NCBI GenBank assembly: GCA_008632985.1
Contig: QPGO01000358.1
Span: 1-41,461 of the forward strand
DNA from: Psammoneis japonica
Taxonomy: Eukaryota
Length of the DNA stretch: 41,461 nt
Direction of reading: 5' to 3'
In this document: piece after piece, positions 34,216 through 41,461 of the stretch
Numbering within the stretch: the first letter of the stretch is position 1
Layout of the letters: every line of letters starts with the position of its first letter
Position numbers and translations under genes: made by a program
The notes under the pieces: generated by a model
Database searches by the model: none
What the model was told of the DNA's origin: nothing
Seen by the model: the letters and a program-made list of their open reading frames with translations, nothing else

Positions 34216-36608
34216 AGTGGGCTTACATTTTGCCTTCTGTGCTCTGGCGCGGTCAGTGCTCATCTGTTCGCGACGCAGTCGATCAGGAATCGGACAAACT
34301 CACAGCTATCTGTATCGCAAAGAGCGAAAGATTGCCAGGGGTGAGTAAGGTTTACTGTATGTAGGGGTGAGCGTTGGGATGCTTGCAAAGTTTGCTGGAG
34401 TCCAGTGGAGTCGTCGTCAAAGCTATCAGTACGGGGTGTGCTACTGGACTTCAAAAAGACTGTGAGCAACTATTCGTTTGCACGAGGGACGATGGATAAG
34501 CCATTTCGAGCTACAGTACTACGGTACCAGCTACTACCACCACCTTCAAGCAGCTGTTAACGAATCGTTCGAAAACGGTGGAGACAGGGTAACTCAGTCT
34601 CTACTTACTGTGGATAACAAATCAATCGATTGCTTGAAATGAAATGAAATGAAATGAATAGAAGTAGGGCCCTATTTACTGTACAAAGCGGGACTCAAGT
34701 TTTAAATCGCGGACTCCCATTCGTGCATCGAGTTCAGTCGTGTATTAGCTATTGGTCAGCAATAGCTGAGGGAGAGAATCATCGTGCATATTCCAATGAC
34801 ACTTCTCCGTTGGTCATGACGTGTTCCGGTTGGAATCGTCATCACCTCTAAAGAGTTGTTTTCTGATGAAGCGGTCAGCCGAGTTGGAAGGTCAATGCAC
34901 ATGCCAAGCCATACCCTAGCTGCCATTGCCTCGGATGTTCGCGTTCACCTTCTCAAGAAACGATGAACCAGCGGCTTTCGGTTCGTAGCTTCCACTGTGG
35001 CTTCTATTTTTTTATGACAGGGAAAGAACACGGGATGCAAATCAGGACTTGCGTCTTCCGAGAAAAGGCATTGAATCACATCTCCATCAGGAGTCAGCTG
35101 CATGTAAATACGGTCCTCTTCCTCCGCATACGAATCGTCTTCGTCAAAATCACCGTCGTCTTCTTCTCCTTCGTCGTCGGCGTAAAAATACGAACTATCC
35201 ATTTCTTGGTCCATGCTGCTCTGTAATTCAAAGTCCAAACTGCTTTCTTCCACGCTTGTGGGCGTCCCGTTGAGCTTCTGTATTGGAGATATTGGGCTTG
35301 AAGTGACACTGCTATTCAACTCTCTAGACGACGACAATTTGGTTGGCGTCATAGCTTCATTGCGAAGTTTGTCGTTCATTCTCGCCTTTTCCTGTCGAGT
35401 CAAAAAGGGGCTGGTAGACACGAGACAACGCGCCTTGAGAAGGTTTCTTATGGGAGAAGAACTGCCATCGCTATCGCCATCGCCTTCGTGATGTGGTGAG
35501 GGTGTGACAATAAGTGGCGGGGGGTGTACCCGACGCTGCTGCGTATGGCGAGGTGTCGTGGGTGAAGCCGTCGCTTGACGAGTTTCCTCGTCCAATGCGA
35601 TTTCCGTAATCACCGTTGTCCCATAATCATTGTGATCGTCTTCCTCTGAAAACACAGGACTAGCCGGCTTGCTAGACCCGTGCTCGACAACCTTGTCGCG
35701 AGGTGTCGATGGGAGAGAGCTAGCAGAGTCGTTGGCTTGCTTTGGGCTCGAGCTCAATGGTCTACCAGTCAAAACAACACCTTTGTTCTTTGACTGCTTG
35801 AGGCTACTGACGGGACTACACGCTTTACTGTTGGTTTCATCCATAAACAGTTCAGAACTCTCTTCACCATGAATGACGAGACTCGTATCCGTGTCGGGTC
35901 GACAAAGGGCAACTTCGCCTGTAGTAGAATAACATTGAAGGAAAAGAAGAAGAATGGTGAGCAGTTGGATTCCGATGAAAGACACGACACATTCCTTAGA
36001 GAATTCATGCTCCTACCTTCTTCCGTCAACTGCAAGCAAAAGCTCGGTTTCGACTCTTCTCGCGACTGCTTTGAGCCTCCCTTTTCTTTTCGCTTTTTCT
36101 TCTTCTTTTTTGACTTCTTCTTTGGTCGCTTCTTCAACGCACCAGCCACGGAGGAACCGATAAACGGCAGCATCTTTTCAATTCCCTTCTTTTCTTTCAA
36201 TAGTTCGTCATCATGGAAACCCGCTTGCTGAACAGGACACTTGACGACACTTCCAGCTACAAGTAGAATAAGAAGAAAGACGACTTTTATAAATGTGTTC
36301 GCGTTCACAAAACGGCATGTTTGAACAAAACGGCATGTTTCGAAGAGCTAGTCGTAAAAGTGTGTGTTGTCGTTTTTCTTACCTGGTGTCAATTGTAAGC
36401 AGTACTTTTGTGGAAGACTCATTTCTTCATACGCTCGACCTTCGTCGGGGCTTTCTTCTGCCGAAGTATCAATGGCTAATGGCTGGCTCGAAATGATTTG
36501 GGGCGATGATGGTGGCGACATTGTTGACACCCGGGTTTGACGTCGAACCGGAGAAGGAGACTGCTCCTCCATACTCGTCTCAAACTCTACAAAGCTGCTA
36601 TTCTTCAT
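33963..36608 (+). repeat. Copy 2 of ~2.7-kb direct duplication
   Basis: Near-identical to 24166-26881. Confidence 0.95.
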
Positions 36609-36623
36609 GGTTGTGGCTGTCAT
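34945..36623 (-). CDS. Hypothetical 484-aa protein, copy 2 (exons 36623-36383, 36256-36017, 35918-34945) with 3x QLTxxGxVxxC motif
   Basis: Exon lengths 241+240+974=1455 nt, open frame, canonical GT-AG sites; Lys-rich NLS-like tract and acidic tract. Confidence 0.78.
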
Positions 36624-37029
36624 GATTGTAAAGACAAGGGAAGGTGCGAATCGCTCAAGAATACACCATGTACAACTTAGGGCTACATGTGCCAAGCGTT
36701 GACCCCGGAATGGTAAATAATGGCATCATCAACGAAACAGTGGGCGGGAAGAGGGGGGGCGCGCGGGAGGCGGAAGCGAGACACATGAAGAGTTTTTGTC
36801 GATAATGCTCTACTTATGAATATTATCGCCTATGTCAATGATTAACTCTAAAGTATATATACTTTTGAATCGATCTGGAGTTCGGCAAGACATGGATGCC
36901 TTATAAATATAAGCATGACTGTCACTAACGGTTTCAACGGCTCAACGGCTACATCTCACACCATAATACAGAACAGAAAGGCACACACATCACACAAAAA
37001 AACGAGGACCAACAAGCAGCGGAAGTGCT

Positions 37030-38880
37030 CTGTCTGCATTGACAATTAATCTTTCTTTCTGTTGCACGAACACCGCCCCGTGCAGCCAACCCTGCCAGCA
37101 AATTCCCGTGAGTTTTCTTGCTGGGAAAGTGACAACATTTCCACAGATGAGGCACACATGCTGGAGTGCAGTTGTTTTGAGATGACCCAGTGCAGAATTC
37201 CACAAGATGTGCAATTGTTTTCTGCAGTTTCAATGGATCAACAGCTGCATTGTGCACACAAAGGCATGCACAACACAGACAGAAAGCAAGGGCCAATCAG
37301 CAGAAGTGCTCTGTCTGCGTGCTGGCAAGAAGAGAGGAAGAGTCTTTCTTTCTGCTGTTCCATGCCCGCCGCTGGCTGGCCAACCCTGTCAGAGCAAATT
37401 TCCACAAGGTTTGGTGCTGTGGAAAGTGACAACATGTCCACAGAGGCACACCTGCTTGGGCCCAGCCCTGTGCACCCCCTCTCAAAGAGCAAGACCTGGC
37501 CACAATGAAATGGAGGAAAGTGCCCAGGGGTCTGATGGTGCAGGCTCGAAGGTGAGTTGTCAAATGCAGCAAATCACATCAACATGTGGTGACCAAACAC
37601 AAGGTGCAAGGCACTCTCCACCCACCTCTCAGCTCAAGGTGCTTGGTTGTGTTCCTTGGGTGCACAGATCCAAACAAGGACAACCTGCTTGGGCTTTTCT
37701 GCTGCAGACCTTCCAGTGGGTGTGCAACGGAGCAGAGAGGGAGCTCTTTTCTTGTGCAGTTGTTGTTGTTGTTGTCATTGTTGTTGTTTTGACATGTTGT
37801 TGTTGCCGTGGCATTCTTTGCATGTCCCCGCATCATGGCAGAAGCAGGTGACTGAATGACATCATTTCCAGTTGGCTGTGCCACCCCAGAGAGAAACAAA
37901 AAAAATGGTCAACTGCCAGCACTTTTGCACTGACATGGTGCACAAATGAGCTGCAGCACACCTCCCACATGCTCTGAGTGTGAAACATGTCAGAAGCAAG
38001 ACAAAGAAAGACCAAATTTGAGCTGTGAGCCAGAAAGCTACGTTGAAAATGGATGAAATTGCCCCCTGCCCCATGCACAGACATGACAGGGGAGTGCACC
38101 ACAAAGTGATGTGGAGAGAAACCACAGCACCCTGCAACAGGCTGGACCAGGCCAACATTGTTGAAGCACCTGTGCCAGAAGCGCTGAAATGTTGGGGCCA
38201 ATGTTGTCAAGCAAGCATGGTGGCTGTGTGGAGGTTGTGCTGAATTCATTGCCCAGTTTTTGTCAAGTGATGTAGGATGACTGTGACCTTAAAATAAAAC
38301 ACTTTTGATTGCAGTCCATCACATGGGAAATTTTCATGGTGGGACACAAGCATCAGACAGCTGGAAACATGATGCACTCATTTTCAGCACAGGACGTGGG
38401 ACAAGGATGATTTGTGAAGTGACACACTCACAGAGACTAAACTTGCTGCACACAAGCTGTTGCAACCACTGCTGGTGTACAAGCAAGCCTGGTGCAACTG
38501 CCACTTCGAACACAGCAGTGCCACATCAGGTGCAGCACATCAAGCCAAGTGGAAAAATGTTTTCAGGAGACAGAACGCAGAAGCTCATCCAGGAAAACAA
38601 CAAGGAAGAAAACATTGAGAGCAAGGAGTGCCAACACAATATTTTGGACAGCTGGTGCTTTTAAAGAAGAACAAAGATGTGTGCAACCCTGAAGTGCTCT
38701 TCACTTTGCTGAGCTGGGTGATGTGTTGACATGGCTGTGTGTCAGCTGCAAGTGACCCACACCACAAGGACTGCATGTTCAAACAACTGCCCCCCAAAGT
38801 CATGCCTTTGGCCAGCAGCTCCACCGGTGGTAAAGAGTGCCAGCAGCTTGGCAGCTGGCTGAAGACGTCCTCCCCCAGTG
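37030..38880. other. Second CpG- and TpA-depleted domain with internal diverged ~280-bp repeat
   Basis: Very few CG/TA. GAAGTGCTCTGTCTGC at ~37022 and ~37303; GGAAAGTGACAACAT at ~37124 and ~37421. Confidence 0.85.
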
Positions 38881-39094
38881 CAGTTTCGCGAGCAGTAAAA
38901 AAATGTAAAAGTGAAAGAGCTCGTCACGAACCCCGTGCGCGCACTCACGCATCATCTCGCACCACGACCCAGTTTTGGTCCACGACTCAGATTTGGACCA
39001 TGCACGACAACGCGAACGGCGCACGTCTGGAGATCGCGGGGACGTGTCTTCTACAATTCTAATACAACTCAAAACAAAAGGCTAAGACCACAAG

Positions 39095-41461
39095 ATGGCC
39101 GACGAAGAGAAAAAAGAAGAATCTAGCTCCTCCCTCGGCGAGGACTATTTGATAATCGGGGCCTCCCGACTTCCGTGCGACATCCTACCACGAAGCGTCT
39201 CCAAGTTTTTCAAACGAGATGCTGAATCGGAGCTTTTCGAGTCAGACAACGACTACTTCTCTGCTATTGTTGCTTGCGAGAGTGCTCGTCTCGTCGCGCG
39301 CCGCCTACAAAGCACGATTCGCTCTCAGGTGTATTCAACCAAGATCGACAGCTTCGCTCTCCCTTCGTCCCCATTCTTCGGCAATGGACGAAATTTGAAC
39401 AGAACATTGGAGGAGTTGTCGAGAGAGCTCGACAAGAAACGAGAAACCATGGTAGCCGCAATGCAAGACCCTCCCCTGATCGAGAAATTCTTGGACAATA
39501 TGGACGCAAGCGATCCGGAACGAAACATCTTTCGATACGTTCTTGTGGCTGCCGCTCGTATTCAGTCGACTTCCATCGAGCAATATCAAACTTTTGAATA
39601 CTCATTCGCGCTGGATCCTTGCGGCTCTGCAAGACAAAAGTACTCGGCACCAATACTAGATATCCAAGAGATCTGTGCGCAAGATCAATCGCTCGCAGAG
39701 CTTCTTTCTCTAACGACAGTTCAGTCTCCGTGGGTAAAAGAGCAGATCTATGATCTCTGTCTAAGGCCCAATCAGCACATGTCGGGAATGAGTGATGCCA
39801 CAATCCGGGCTCTGTTGGGTTTGGAAATCACAGTTGAGCAGTACAACAGCATTGAGAGCCCAACCCTTACTGATACGCTTGTTGAGCATGGGCCCTTCAA
39901 GTCAACCGAGACAGGAAAGAAAATTACAGAGCACAAGGGACTTGTCACTGAATTTGACGAAGGTAACGCAGGAACTGAATCTGGTGGTGCGCAAGTAGCA
40001 TTCCAATATAATGACCTGGCAGATGCCCTGGCTGATTCTGAGAAAGAGGGCAAGCTCTTTGATATCATCGGAACTATACAGCAGGAGGAAGCCATGAAAG
40101 CGGACGTGTACTCTGACCCCAATTGCACCCCTGAAACTGAAGAGAGCGAACAAAGCCAGACCAAGGAGACAGATACTGCACCCTACAAGTCGGAGATGGA
40201 GTATCTGGAAGACCAAATCAGATTCATGGATTTGCAAACCAAGTTGAAAGCCGCGAAAACTGGCCTCGATGATGACGGCGAACACGAAGACAGCCCTCTC
40301 CACTTCTCGCCATCTAGGTATAAGTACGGCTCAGGCCCTACAAGAGATGACATAAAACTTGAGATGACACGCAATGCCAACAGACTTGAAAGCAAGCTGA
40401 AAAAGCTCACAGAGAAGATTGACGTGCGTTTGAGTGCAACCAATAAGGAGAGATCGAAAACGCCCCGTCTCGAGCAGCTCTGCGACGCGTTGAATCTTGA
40501 TCAGTTCGAAAAGTTCGTCATTCTCGACTTGCTTCGCAACATTGTGAACCCCTTTCACTACGATCGGGACAGAGACGACGGTCAACCAGCTGGCTGTGTC
40601 GCGACATACATCGAGCGCTTCACGCAGTCTCTCGAGGAGAAGATGGACTGTCGAAAGTACTTTTACAAAAGTAGCACGATTGTAAAAGAAGGAATCGTTA
40701 CGGTTTCCGCACAAGATTTCAAGACCGACCTCAACCAGGCTTATGTCCAACTCGACCGAAGAATGTTCGATTACATTATCGGCCTCGATACAGAGTTCTC
40801 AGAGCTCGTTGAAGGTTCACACTTGTATACCCCCGACGTGGAGCTGGATGATGTCATTCTTCCAAAGGAGATGAAAGATCGCATCTGCGAGGCAGTGCTC
40901 GGATTCGGTAATGTGAAAGATGCCTACCATTCGCTCGAGATTGACAAAAAGATCACGTATGGCCTTGGCCAGGTGATTCTTTTCTACGGGTCATCAGGTA
41001 CAGGAAAGACAATGATGGCAAATGCTTTGGCCGCCAAGCTGAAGAGAAAGATTCTCCTCGTCAACTTTCCCACACTCGGGGAGAATTCGTCCGGCGAGCT
41101 CATCAAGTTCTTGTTCCGCGAGGCTCGAATCAAAAAGGCCTTGCTTTTCTTTGATGAGTGCGAGTCACTCCTTCGATCTCGCGAGCATGGGAACTATGCT
41201 ATCAATACGATTCTCAGCGAGCTTGAGCGATTCGACGACTTGTGTATCATGGCCACGAACAGGCCATGTGACTTGGATGAGGCAATGTATCGACGCGTGA
41301 GCTTGGCGATTCAATTCATGAGGCCTGACCACATGCTGCGTGAAAAGATCTGGAAGACGTTGTGCCCACCAAATCTCGAGCTAGAGGACGACGTCGACTA
41401 CCGCGAGCTTGCGCGGAAATACGAGCTTACTGGTGGCCTGATTAAGAAGCATCGGCTTGGT
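39095..41461 (+). CDS. Large AAA+ ATPase, 3' end outside the window (not in the ORF track)
   Basis: Open frame from ATG 39095 (MADEEKKE). Walker A FYGSSGTGKT (~40982), Walker B LLFFDECE, sensor-1 ATNRP, LDEAMYRR, YELTGGLIK. Confidence 0.9.
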   Translation, partial: MADEEKKEESSSSLGEDYLIIGASRLPCDILPRSVSKFFKRDAESELFESDNDYFSAIVACESARLVARRLQSTIRSQVYSTKIDSFALPSSPFFGNGRNLNRTLEELSRELDKKRETMVAAMQDPPLIEKFLDNMDASDPERNIFRYVLVAAARIQSTSIEQYQTFEYSFALDPCGSARQKYSAPILDIQEICAQDQSLAELLSLTTVQSPWVKEQIYDLCLRPNQHMSGMSDATIRALLGLEITVEQYNSIESPTLTDTLVEHGPFKSTETGKKITEHKGLVTEFDEGNAGTESGGAQVAFQYNDLADALADSEKEGKLFDIIGTIQQEEAMKADVYSDPNCTPETEESEQSQTKETDTAPYKSEMEYLEDQIRFMDLQTKLKAAKTGLDDDGEHEDSPLHFSPSRYKYGSGPTRDDIKLEMTRNANRLESKLKKLTEKIDVRLSATNKERSKTPRLEQLCDALNLDQFEKFVILDLLRNIVNPFHYDRDRDDGQPAGCVATYIERFTQSLEEKMDCRKYFYKSSTIVKEGIVTVSAQDFKTDLNQAYVQLDRRMFDYIIGLDTEFSELVEGSHLYTPDVELDDVILPKEMKDRICEAVLGFGNVKDAYHSLEIDKKITYGLGQVILFYGSSGTGKTMMANALAAKLKRKILLVNFPTLGENSSGELIKFLFREARIKKALLFFDECESLLRSREHGNYAINTILSELERFDDLCIMATNRPCDLDEAMYRRVSLAIQFMRPDHMLREKIWKTLCPPNLELEDDVDYRELARKYELTGGLIKKHRLG

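Noticed and set aside
24166..36608. LTR retrotransposon (2.7-kb repeats as LTRs)
   Set aside because: The repeats consist of host genes, lack TG..CA ends, PBS and PPT, and there is no gag/pol inside.

Overview
Eukaryotic nuclear DNA, most likely a diatom: short spliceosomal introns, a bipartite 'AF'-type plastid presequence and compact gene spacing. Intact genes are plastid-targeted uroporphyrinogen decarboxylase (probable GC-AG intron), an armadillo-repeat protein, a 98-aa coiled-coil protein resembling the N-terminus of FLASH/CASP8AP2, ankyrin, RING, 2OG-Fe(II) oxygenase and two-RRM proteins, a bacterial-type lysyl-endopeptidase-like protease, a P-loop kinase, a 3-exon protein with a repeated QLTxxGxVxxC motif, and an AAA+ ATPase that runs off the end. 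A decayed DDE transposase lies at ~7.8-9.3 kb. Main oddities: (1) sharply bounded domains (~14.5-18.4 kb, ~37.0-38.9 kb, probably the window start) nearly devoid of BOTH CpG and TpA and rich in TpG/CpA, which 5mC deamination or fungal RIP alone cannot explain; (2) a ~2.7-kb direct duplication (24166-26881 / 33963-36608) enclosing ~7 kb in which every gene is truncated or frameshifted (LMF, PTPA, hypothetical, SAICAR synthetase, MFS), plus a foldback/MITE-like element. All calls were made by eye, with no database searches.
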